From NCBI GenBank assembly GCA_964035575.1, contig OZ037833.1, positions 1,240,001 to 1,304,000 on the forward strand: a stretch of DNA of 64,000 nt, in the 5' to 3' direction. Each line of letters begins with the position of its first letter. Positions within the stretch are counted from its first letter, which is position 1. The position numbers and the translations under genes are program-made. Source of the stretch: Rhynchopus sp. YZ270_cl-10 (Eukaryota). The notes below the pieces were generated by a model. The model saw nothing but the letters and a program-made list of their open reading frames with translations. It did not search any database and had not been told where the DNA came from. Of this stretch, positions 49,551 through 60,500 are shown piece by piece.

Positions 49551-51755
49551 ATGGGGGAGAAGATCCTAGACTTCTGGCAGACGAATTGCGTGCCACATGC
49601 ACGCAGCGCAGTGCTGGATCATGACCTGCCGTTGGTGGGCCTGGACGAGGAGGTGGAGGTGGTGCTGAAGCACATCATGAAGTGGAACAACTCATCCTTC
49701 CCGTTCCTCACACTCACCGGGCCGTGCGGGAGCGGGAAGTCCCATGTGGTGTTGGAGGCTTTGCAGCGCATCTACAGACGGCGCAACCCTGGACGGCAGT
49801 GGTGGGTCGGGTGTCCAAACTGCCAGCAGCAGCAGCTCTTCTGCACACCTGACTACAAGGTGCTCCCGCTGCACGCACCAGCGTCTTCGGCAGAGGCGTT
49901 CACGACACTGACGAACCTAATCAATGAGTGCAGGGTTGACGACGAGGAGGAGGCAGCACCACTCAAGCGTCGCGACGTCGACAGCTTGACAGACTACTTC
50001 GTTACCTACCGCAGGCGGCTGCTGCTTTGGATCCAGGGCGACTTCAATAAGACAAATCTGCAGGAGTTCCTCTACGTGCTTACAAACTTGCTGCACAACA
50101 AAGATGCTGTTGCGCGTGTCAGTGTCATCTTCGAGACACGTTCCAAGCTCAGTGTCGACCTGGACGCACGCATTGCAAGCCGCATCAGCCAAGCTTCGCT
50201 CGACTTCCGTGCGGTCTCTGCAGAGCAGATAGCACGCTTTGCCTCTGCGCGTCTCTCCTTCAGCAGCTACTCCGATGCAGTGTGCAGGCCTGTCATCGGG
50301 AACGTGGGTGACTCCGTTGACCGCAGTGTGTCCTACGACGCCTTTGTGGCCAGGGACGTGGCACTGACGGCACGCTTTACGCAAACACACGGCACATCGG
50401 AGGATGCAGCCCACCACCTGGCACGTCACCTCCAGGAACACATGCCGCAGTACGTAGAGCTGCACATCGAGCACACACCGAAAGGGAAGACTGTGGTGAC
50501 AACAGTGCTGTCCTGCTCCGTGGTGCTGTCAGACGAGAAGAAGCTTTCCGTCGACATGCAGACCGGTGAGGTGCAGTGCGAGACACTCAAACGCAAGCAC
50601 AGCAACCCCATGCAGCAGGTGCCCCTCTCCACACAGAAGGGCACAAGCGTGCACCGCAGGGAGCTCTGGCCCGACTACGACAGCAGGATCACGGGGCTGT
50701 GGTTCACAAAGCAGGGTGGCTACGTGGTGGGTGTCGGGCTTGTCACTGCAAAGAGTCCACAGAGCTGCGCACTGCACGCCGCACGCACAGCACGCATGGA
50801 GGGGCTGTGCTCACGACGCACACAACACTCTGCGGTACGTCTGTGGAACTCCATGGTACACAAGCTGTGCACGGCACCACTCTTTCTCGAGAGGCTGCAG
50901 TCGTTGGGCGACTTTCAGGTAGCCGCACAACAGTTAGCTGCGTGGGCCATCCGCCTTGGCAAACCTCTGACAGACCGGGGCACGAACTTTCTCCAGGCAG
51001 CACTACCCTCCATCATGGCAGAAGTACGGCAGGGGGGCGACTGGGCGACAGTCACAGCACGGCGCCTGGCGTTCCACTTCTACACCACAGCACTGTACCG
51101 CAACTCAGCTGTGCCCACCAACACGAACCTCGCTGCACTGCAAATCAACTGTGTCTCCGAAGGCGTGAAGACCTCTGAGTTCCTCGACACCCTGCACACC
51201 GACCTACAACAGCAAGGCGCCACCTATGCCGCAGGCCACGTCGACTTCAGCAGCATCTCCAACTCCCAGATGCTCATCCTCTGCCTCCTCGTACGCCGCT
51301 GCCAGGCTGCCCACGCGCAAGAAATGAAGCGTGCAAAGAAGACGGGCCTCATCCTCGACGGTGTGAACGAAGGTGGACAGGAGGTTGTCATTGACGCTGC
51401 TACGTTGGCCATCAGCGAGCTACATATGGAAGTTGTTCCGAACACGGTTTTGGACGACTTTATTACTTATTTTTCGCGGATGATGGGGCCCGGCGCGCCG
51501 TCGGGGAGGTACAACTGGCCGTACGTCCTGGAAGGCGACCTCTGTGCCCTCCTCGAACAAAACATGATAGCCGTGAGTGGCACGAACATCCGCCGTGGCA
51601 CGCAGACCATGAGCGACGCCAAGGTGACCCTCTCCGTGGACCGTGTCAACCTCGTAGAGTACCTCAGAGCACAGCGCGAGGCTGCACGCGAGTCGATCCG
51701 CCCTTCACAGCTCTTTGCAGTCCTCAACCTTGACCAGGATACGTCACTGCTGTAG
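49551..51755 (+). CDS. Divergent ORC/Cdc6-family AAA+ protein (ORC4-like), 734 aa
   Basis: LVGLDEE, Walker A GPCGSGKS, degenerate Walker B (LLLWIQGD), QEFLYVLTNL...VSVIFET...LDARIASRIS (compare ORC4/Cdc6 LYNLFD...RVKSRF), large central insertion. Confidence 0.65.
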   Translation: MGEKILDFWQTNCVPHARSAVLDHDLPLVGLDEEVEVVLKHIMKWNNSSFPFLTLTGPCGSGKSHVVLEALQRIYRRRNPGRQWWVGCPNCQQQQLFCTPDYKVLPLHAPASSAEAFTTLTNLINECRVDDEEEAAPLKRRDVDSLTDYFVTYRRRLLLWIQGDFNKTNLQEFLYVLTNLLHNKDAVARVSVIFETRSKLSVDLDARIASRISQASLDFRAVSAEQIARFASARLSFSSYSDAVCRPVIGNVGDSVDRSVSYDAFVARDVALTARFTQTHGTSEDAAHHLARHLQEHMPQYVELHIEHTPKGKTVVTTVLSCSVVLSDEKKLSVDMQTGEVQCETLKRKHSNPMQQVPLSTQKGTSVHRRELWPDYDSRITGLWFTKQGGYVVGVGLVTAKSPQSCALHAARTARMEGLCSRRTQHSAVRLWNSMVHKLCTAPLFLERLQSLGDFQVAAQQLAAWAIRLGKPLTDRGTNFLQAALPSIMAEVRQGGDWATVTARRLAFHFYTTALYRNSAVPTNTNLAALQINCVSEGVKTSEFLDTLHTDLQQQGATYAAGHVDFSSISNSQMLILCLLVRRCQAAHAQEMKRAKKTGLILDGVNEGGQEVVIDAATLAISELHMEVVPNTVLDDFITYFSRMMGPGAPSGRYNWPYVLEGDLCALLEQNMIAVSGTNIRRGTQTMSDAKVTLSVDRVNLVEYLRAQREAARESIRPSQLFAVLNLDQDTSLL

Positions 51756-52777
51756 ATATGAAAGCATGGCGGTATATGGGGGGAGGGGGAGAGGGAGGGA
51801 GGGAGGGTACCAAAGAACATCCTACGTCCGTAGCGGCGTTGGGTGAGACAAACGATATTAGAACTGTTAAAAAAAAATGGACCATTTTGTGTTTACAGTA
51901 TTTTTTAATGAAGGTGTCGGAAATTATGTATTTTTATCGGCGAAAACCGAGGGAAAAACTCTGTTTCAATTCCGCAAAACACAATGGGGGTTTCCTTGAG
52001 GGGCACTTCCTTGAATGCTGTGCAGAAGATCTGTGTTACCACCCATGACTCGCATTCTTGAGTTTTGTGGTAGGGTGTCCATTCCGTTTCGTTAGGTAGA
52101 TGTACATGTAGTTCCGTGGCAAAACTTCATTGTTTTTGTTACAAATAAGATGAAACAATTGGTTACAAATAAGATTCAAAAGTTCATGATGCTCCACATC
52201 ATACAACCAGCGACGGCAGGCAGTACCATGTAAAAGAAAGAGGAAAACCTTTTATCTTTACACGGCCACCTCTTCTCTCGGTCTTCCTCGCTTCCCTTTT
52301 CGCACCAGCACAACTCACCCCCCATTTGTCGTCAGAGTCAGAGACGTGGCCTCAAACGCGCGGCCTGCGTCTCCGCATGGCATGCGCCGTCCGCCATCAC
52401 GCGCAAGGTGTTCAGGCGTCTCACCCACGATCTTTTGTTCGTTCCGAGTAGGGTTCACCCCGATAGGCCACCCCACCGACCTTCTTCTCCGGCATTGCGA
52501 AAAAGGCCCTGGTCAGAGTCCTGTCTCCCCACCTGAGGCCTGAGGCTCCAGGGGAAGTCCTTCAAGAACTCCACGCCTTTGACATAATATCTTCACCGTG
52601 GCCCGGTACCGTCACATCGTACTCCCGCTCTAGGCGGAAGGGGCAGAGACCGCCTCCTCTCCTCACCTTCCTGGTCCTTTGGGGCGGGGGTGAACATCTC
52701 TTCCATATACTGATGTCGCTTGCATGTTGTTCGACCCCCTGACCCTCAAACCCCTTCACAAAAAAACAGCGTACACA

Positions 52778-53671
52778 ATGAGCGATGGCGAGGGTGAGTT
52801 CATGCTCGTCGTCGGCCATGGCAGTCGAGGGCGTGCGAAGGTGAAGAAAACCGGGATCAACACTACTGAGGGGATGTTTCAGGAGCGGAGCACAGATCGG
52901 CCTGATGTGTTTGATGTGGCACCTGCACGGAGGGAGCAGATGTCCGCACCGGAAGCTGCCGCATGCGTCAAACGCATGAAGGCCGAACTGCGCACACACG
53001 CCACCGGCACGACAACACTCGAGGGCCTGCAACGTGCCCTTGCCGACATCACCCACACCACCACCACCACCACCCTCTCCTGCCTCGGAGTCGGCAGCAT
53101 CGTAGCCTCCTCAGTCTCACGCTACCAGACAGCCTTATTCCTTCTCATGGTCGACCTCCTTGCAGACGCACTCAAAGACAAACCTATCATGTACGACCCA
53201 ATCTTCTCCGAAGCGGATGAGCTTGTCTGTGAAACGCTTGGCCTCGCAGTAGGGCGGGAGAACAGCGAAGGGAAGGAGGTGGTGTCGGGGCGCACCGTGC
53301 TGTTCATGCCGCATTGCAGTAGGAGTCTGTACGCGAATTTGCTGAGGGTGAATTGGAGTGTGGAGGCGTTAGGTGCGTTGGTGGTGGTGGGGAACAGCTT
53401 TCCCGACTACCTGCTGCGTGCAGTGTCAAAGGGGGACCGGCAGTCCGTTGCAGGCATGGCTCGTCTCGAGTCTGCCACCTCCTGCGTGCATCTCCCTCGC
53501 TTCCGTCCCTCCACCACAGCCTTCTCAGACACAAGCGTCATGTGGTTTCCATCCGACAAACTATCAGCCATAGAAGCTACAGTCTGGACCACACCCCCAC
53601 CACCACCCTCACAAGACCATGATCTTGCAACAAAGGAGGATACGGAGAAGAAGCGGAAGAAGAGGAAGTGA
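52778..53671 (+). CDS. SRR1-domain protein (SRRD/Ber1-like)
   Basis: CLGVGS...SRYQTAL...YDPIFS...LFMPHC...LYANLL..NW...VVVGNSF motifs and a C-terminal basic NLS. Confidence 0.88.
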   Translation: MSDGEGEFMLVVGHGSRGRAKVKKTGINTTEGMFQERSTDRPDVFDVAPARREQMSAPEAAACVKRMKAELRTHATGTTTLEGLQRALADITHTTTTTTLSCLGVGSIVASSVSRYQTALFLLMVDLLADALKDKPIMYDPIFSEADELVCETLGLAVGRENSEGKEVVSGRTVLFMPHCSRSLYANLLRVNWSVEALGALVVVGNSFPDYLLRAVSKGDRQSVAGMARLESATSCVHLPRFRPSTTAFSDTSVMWFPSDKLSAIEATVWTTPPPPPSQDHDLATKEDTEKKRKKRK

Positions 53672-54576
53672 AGCGGGGAGGGGTTGTGGTGGGAAAATTC
53701 TCAATTTTTTTTTTTTTTTGTTTTGTTTTTTGTCAGTTAGATTTGGCAATAAGGCGATCATAGTGACATGCCACGGTGATAAGTGGCGTGGTGTGGAGGG
53801 TGGAGGGGGGTAGGTGGTACACCTGCATGAGTACCCAAAACAAAATGCAAAATAGAAAAAAAAAGGGCTTCTACCATTCAGCTACTCTGCAAAGCTTGCT
53901 GCGTCTATTTGCACTCTCTTTTATGGTTTATCCTGTGAAGGAAAAACCGTAGCTGCCAGTCCGTGCACGTGGTCTAGCATCAGTATAACACTTCTATGCC
54001 GTCATCACATGAGGCATCTGCACAAACCATGCCGTTTGGCATGACCCTGCCCCCCTTTTTTGGATGGGGATTTGACGTTTTCCCTGACAACCCCGTGCAA
54101 GACCACACAGGGGATGCTGTGATAACGATTTGTGATACAGGTGACTAAGCGCGAGAGGCGAACGTTCAGATTCAAAACTTTTCTTTAAAAGGAAGTGGGG
54201 CCAGCTAGCTGACCCAGTGACCCAGTCAAGCTAGACCCCTCCCGGTTTCAACGACACCACACGACCACCACAGAGGATACACACCAAGAGGAAAGCGTTC
54301 ACACACACGCCTTTTTCCCTTTTCTTTCCCTTTCCTTTTTTGTTTTTGCTGAAGGGTGCTCTTTTTCTTTCCTCTTTTTTTTGCACCCCTTCTTGGGCCA
54401 TTTGCACCTACACCTGCACTCTCCCTTCACCCACTAGAGGAGTCGCCTGCGAGCAACTCTGCACACACTACACCCTAGAGACCCGGGCCAGAATATTTTC
54501 TTCTGGGTAAAAAAAGCAACACCAACGTGACGTGAAGTAAGAGGAGAACAGGCGTCCCCTCTAGCTAGCGGTAGCA

Positions 54577-57500
54577 ATGCCCGAACTCAAAGTAGGCTCG
54601 GACACCTCGCATCTGGGAAGTGGGCTTATTGGGACACCGCCGGACCTGCCGGTCTCGCCTGTGGCTGATAGCGCAAATGTATGGCAAAAAAAAAATACTG
54701 AATTTTGAAAGGCTTAAACTGGTTTGTAAAGTTGATGTGGAAAAATGGACACAAATTAATTTTTGACTCTAAAAAAAGAGTACTTCTTTGCCTTCTTTGC
54801 ATGAGCTCGACTGAGATGCGTTTTAGTACGTTTCAACTGCTCTTCTTTTGTACTACAATTTCTGACTGAGTACACGGTGTTGGGTTATCTTACCAATATT
54901 ATTTTGTCACCTCATGAAATGAAGGAGGAAATAGAAACGAAGCATTTTGAACACACTTTGCGGTTCTAGAGACGAACCGCGCTGCAGAGCCACTCCTCAC
55001 CAAACAGGTCGAGGTGTGTGCGTTTCACCACAAATCTTACACAACCTCTACAAAAATAAAATGTCCCGGGCAGACATGCGTCTGGACGATGTCAAGTGGG
55101 AGGAGATAAAGGTGGTGTCGGAGGTCCCCAAGGGAGCTTTGGCGCCGACGCAAATTCCGGACTGTGTGTTTCCCCAGTGCGGTGAAACACACAGTGACGG
55201 AGAATCGGGCACGTGCCGTATGTGCGGTAGGCGGACGACGACCGCATGCCTCACCGCCAACCTGCAGGCTCATGGGGACGCACTCGACACTTTCTCGGTC
55301 GGGTTCAAGGACACGACGTGGGTTTGTCCCGTGTGTGCAGTACGGGTGCACCAGGGGGTACAACAGTGGGATATGCGTGACAAGAGCGAAGGTAAGGAGG
55401 CGGAGCCAGACCAGCAAGGAGGGCTTCTACAACGGGTAAAGGACCCCGCATCCCAGCAACTTTTCGAAGCTCTTTTGGCGGAGCGGGAGGCACATCGGCA
55501 GGAGCGCGAAGAAATGAGATTGGAGAGAGATGAGGTGACGCGGGGACTGACGGGAACCCTCATCCAGAGGGTGTCGTCATGGTACGGCCGAATGCGCTTC
55601 CCGGCGATGCAACAGATGGCGCGCCATGCCCTTTACGAGAGGTATGGTCGCGGCGCGGAGGACGCAGGTACCGCCGCTTCGGGGACGGAGCACGAGATCC
55701 GCACGCTGTATGGCGTCATTCTTCCCTTGCTCCCTTTGGTGGTGGCCCATCCGGAGGCAAGGGAGGCGGTGCACAGGGGGGTGTTGAGGATGGAGTCCGT
55801 GCGTCTCCGTACGTATTACGGACACGATGCAGCGGTCTTGTGGGAGACCAGGATGCAGCACATCCTGTGTGCGGACCTGACGGAGCAGCTGCTTCGGGCA
55901 GTTACGGCGCAGGCCCAGACCGCGGGGGAAAAGGAGGCCGAGCAGAGGAAGAGGAGGAGAATTGAAGGGGACTCAAATTTTGCGCAGGGAGACGTTAGGT
56001 TCGGACAGAAGGGGGGAAAAGGGGGAAAAGGGGGAAAGGGGGGGAAGGGGAAGAAGTGACAGTCCCACCCACCCACCCATCACGAGGAACTGCTACGGGT
56101 CGAGGGGGAGAAGGTGTTGTGTGCGCAGCAGCCGCAGCAGAACAGACTAAACTACGTAACTGCGACACCAAATCACACCACGAAACAAAATCCGAAGAAA
56201 GCAGATGGCAGCGTACTGCAAAACATACTAAACTTCAAAGATACAACACCAACTCACAACACGAAGCAAAATCCGAAGAATGGCAGCGCATTGCAAAACA
56301 TACTAAACTACAAAGATACAACACCAAATCACAACACGAAGCAAAATCCGAAGAAGGGCAGCGCATTGCAAAACATACTAAACTACAAAGATACAACACC
56401 AACTCACAACACGAAGCAAAATCCGAAGAAGGGCAGCGCATTGCAAAACATACTAAACTACAAAGATACAACACCAACTCACAACACGAAACAAAATCCG
56501 AAGAAAGCATGTGCCAGCGCACTGCAAAACATACTACGGGGAGAGGGGGAGAGGATGCAGGGACGGACGGCGGACAGGGTGGAGACGGGGCTGCAGCGGA
56601 GGTTACGGCAGGAACCGTGCACTCTGGGGAGACCGCGCAGATACGAAGGGGGTCACCTCACGCTAGAGGAGAGGGACAAGATCACCACGAATGCAAACCT
56701 TATCCTCGACCAGGCTTTGGCGAAGAGTACGTGGGGGAACATAGCGTCGTGCTACCGCCGTTTCGCGGAGTTTCGCAAAGCATGGGAGGAAGCCGAAGGC
56801 GTGCTGGACGTTCCGACTGCGATCATCTTGTGGGTATCCAAGAAGCTAGAGATGGACGGCATAGCTCACAGCTCTGCGCTGGCTTACACGTACGCGATCT
56901 CTTCTGCGCGCAAACACCTCTTGGAGAAGCCGGTCGAAAGCACGAAGCTGGACGCTTTCCGGAGGGGTTTACGGCGAATGGGAGCCGAGGTTCCGAGGGT
57001 GCAAGCCATACCGGCGACAAGGGAGGAAGCGGAACAAGCCATGCGAGAGGAAAGCGACCCCGAAGTGCGTCTAGCGATAGGTTTGATGTGGTACGGAGCT
57101 GCAAGACACTCAGACGTGATGAGCATCGCCGCGAGGGAGGTAACGACTCAAGGGGATACATCGGCGATCACCTGGAGAGGAACCAAGAACGATCCCTTTG
57201 GGAAAGGACAGACGACGGGACTGACGCTGGACAAGGGCATGACGCAGCTACTACACAGGGCGAAACGAGGGAACCAGGGGCAACTTCTGCAACACGCATC
57301 CTATTTCAAAGTAGCGAAGGCACTGAAGAAGGTCAACAAGAAGCTGACTCCACACAGCCTACGGCGGGGGGCAATACACAGGCTTGTCACAAGGGACGTG
57401 GAGTTGGAAGACGTGTGCAAGGTGACGCGACACAAGACCGTGGAGGGGCTTCTGCAGTACGCGCCGCTGGCAGCAACGACACTGGTAAAGAAGACGGCCG

Positions 57501-60500
57501 CGATCTCTCAGCTCCTATGAGAAAGTTGCTTGGGGTGCAGCGTTTCCCACAGCAAACACAGTCCACCATACGGCGAGTGTCATTCAGCGAGATCCTGACT
57601 CCGTCTGTACAAGCATACGATACATCAAATGAGGAACCAGACTCTTACTCAGCGGGCTTCGAGGCGTGGTACGACAACGATTTCTCGGTGGAAGTGGAAG
57701 GGGAACACGTACGGCCGGATTCCAGGAGGGAACCCAGGGGACAGATGGCACGGATCTCGTCGAACCGAATGGACCTGGACGCGATCCGGAGGATGGATGC
57801 CGAGGGGGAGACAGATCAGGTACTGGATGTGATCACCAACTTTGATAGATTCATGTCGCTGTTCACGGAAAAGCCCCCGAACAAGCTATCACGTGGTACC
57901 TCCCGACACATGGCGCAATACGCGAGTGCACTACGCGAATGGGGAGTTGTCGAGGCTGCTGAAGGAGGTGACGGGGTGGTGCTGCCCGCTTTCACAGTGG
58001 CGAAGAAGTCGGGAGAACTGAGATTGGTGGTGGACGCCCGACGTCTAAACCGGATAATGGTTAGGCCTCCTGAGATGCGGCTGCCGCTTATCCGAGATGT
58101 AGTGCGCGACATCGTGGTCTCGGAGGCCGTGTGCGTTGCAGACGGAGTCTCGTACTTTTACCAGATCCCTCTGGCTCACGAGATCCGTAAGTACTTCTCG
58201 CTGAGACTGGCGGGCGCACGGGGAAGTACGGAGGATGTGCAGCTGGCAGTGCTGTGCATGGGGTGGTCATGGAGTCCCGCAATAGCACAGCGTATCTCGA
58301 GGGTTTTGGTGGGACGACAGAACATTGCGTGGGTGGACAACTTTCTACTTCTGGGAAAAAGCAGCGCACTCGCAGCAGAGGAGTACAGGAAGTTCAAAGG
58401 GAGGTGCGACACGGCTCAAGTGGAGCTACACGAAGAAGAAGGGGGGAGACCGCAACAGCGTTTCGAAGCACTCGGGCTGGAATTCGATCTTACTGTGAAA
58501 GGCTTCAGATCTACAGAAAAATGGGTGGCAAAGCTCGTTGAGTCGGCGGAGGTGAAGGCAGCTATCGAAGGAGGAACTTCGCCGCGGGCTTTCTTCAAGG
58601 TGGTAGGATCCATTGTGTGGTGGATGTACACCCGTGATAGACGTTTGTGTTTCTTCCCGAGTATGATTGGAGCGGTGCGGAGCGTAGCTAAACACGCCAC
58701 TACTGAACAGAGTTGGGATCACAGTGTAACGATACAGCAAGGCGCAGTGCGGGAAATAAAAGGGTGCATAGAGGAAATCTGCGAGAACGTGTGGGTTCCT
58801 CAGAAGGGACTTGGGACGGCGACACTGGTGGTGTGGACGGATGCATCTAGCACTGCCTGGGCGGCGGTCACCGACTGGCGACAGGGGGCACAGGGAGCCT
58901 TCCAGAGCACAGAGAAAGAACATCACATATTTTTGAAAGAAATGTGGGCGGCATTCATGGGAATTAGGCTGGCGAGCAGTTTAGGGTTTACCGGAGGAAC
59001 CCTCACCCTGCGCATCGACAACCTACCGGTGGTGCGATGTCTTGAGAAGGGCCACTCGGGGAACTACCTCGCAAACCTGATGATGCAGGAAATGTTCCTA
59101 CTCGCGGACCGTAAGGGGATGGCGGTGCGGCCACTGTGGGTATGCACGGCGGAACAGGTGGCTGACGAGTTCACGCGAGGATCACAGATTGAGCAGATAG
59201 TGGGGATTTAATTGAGGGGTGCGGGAGGGTTTTTTGTTGGGGGGGGGGGGGGGGGGGGGTGTTTTTTCTTTACTTGTTTTGTTTTATGCGGAATGTACCG
59301 CCCGTGGTTGGCGTATAACCGTTTTTTCTGTGCAAGTACTATCCCTAGAGTGGGAAGGTACCGCCCGAGTGTGGCATATAACCATTACGTGTGTGCAAAG
59401 TAAGACCCCGAGAGTGGGAATGTACCGCCCGTGTGTGGCAAAAATCCGTTTTTTCTGTGCAAGTACTATCCCTAGAGTGGGAAGGTACCGCCCGAGTGTG
59501 GCATATAACCATTACGTGTGTGCAAAGTAAGACCCCGAGAGTGGGAATGTACCGCCCGTGTGTGGCAAAAATCCGTTTTTTCTGTGCAAGTACTATCCCT
59601 AGAGTGGGAAGGTACCGCCCGAGTGTGGCATATAACCATTACGTGTGTGCAAAGTAATACCCCGAGAGTGGGAATGTACCGCCCGTGTGTGGCATGAAAC
59701 CGAACTGTTGTGAAAAGGAATACCCCGAGAGTGGGAAGGTACCGCCCGGGTGTGGCCGGTATCCGTTTTGTCTGAAATAAAATAACTTAAGAGTAGGGGC
59801 GTTCTTTCCGACCGAGAGTGGCAATAGTTTTTAAAGGGACCGATTACACAAGAAGTGGCAGTGTACATACTGGAGTGGTAGTTTGCGTCTGAGAATGACA
59901 TGAGAGCGACCAGTGTAAACGAACAGCCTAGAGGGCAACAAGATTATGAGAAGGCTGAGGGATCGAAGCGATCCCCAGTCCCAAAGGGGGTTGGGTGTGT
60001 GCGTTTCACCACAACCTCTCCCATGGGTTTTATCGTGTGATGAGTGTTAAGTTTCTATTTTGTCACCTCATGAAATGAAGGAGGAAATAGAAACGAAGCA
60101 TTTTGAACACACTTTGCGGTTCTAGAGACGAACCGCGCTGCAGAGCCACTCCTCACCAAACAGGTCGAGGTGTGTGCGTTTCACCACAACCTCTCCCATG
60201 GGTTTTATCGTGTGATGAGTGTTAAGTTTCTATTTTTCTTTACTACTTTGATCTGGTTAGAGCACTACACCACCACCACCACACAGGCACGGCATGTGCG
60301 CGCACGCACCTACACCACCCTGACCGCACCACCAGACATGGCAGTGCAGAAGCTGCACGCAACCACGTCGGACTACAACGCCAGCGCCTCGGAGACAGAC
60401 GGTGCCTACCCTGTGGGCACACTAGAGGTGTGTGTTTAGCAGCATCCCCCCTCCTCCTCCTCCTCTTCCTCTTTTTTTCGTGCCAAAAATTAAGATTGGC

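Larger units (their letters stand above)
54900..60236 (+). mobile_element. Full-length tyrosine-recombinase (DIRS-order) retrotransposon with VIPER-like gene order gag-YR-RT/RNase H and split direct repeats
   Basis: A1 54900-55033 equals A2 60056-60189 (134 bp). B1 59994-60061 equals B2 60169-60236 (68 bp). TATTTT occurs at both ends and at the internal B-A junction. Three intact ORFs. Confidence 0.93.

Noticed and set aside
59290..59770. CRISPR-like repeat-spacer appearance
   Set aside because: The spacers are homologous and alternate in a 127-bp dimer; eukaryotic retroelement context with no cas genes.
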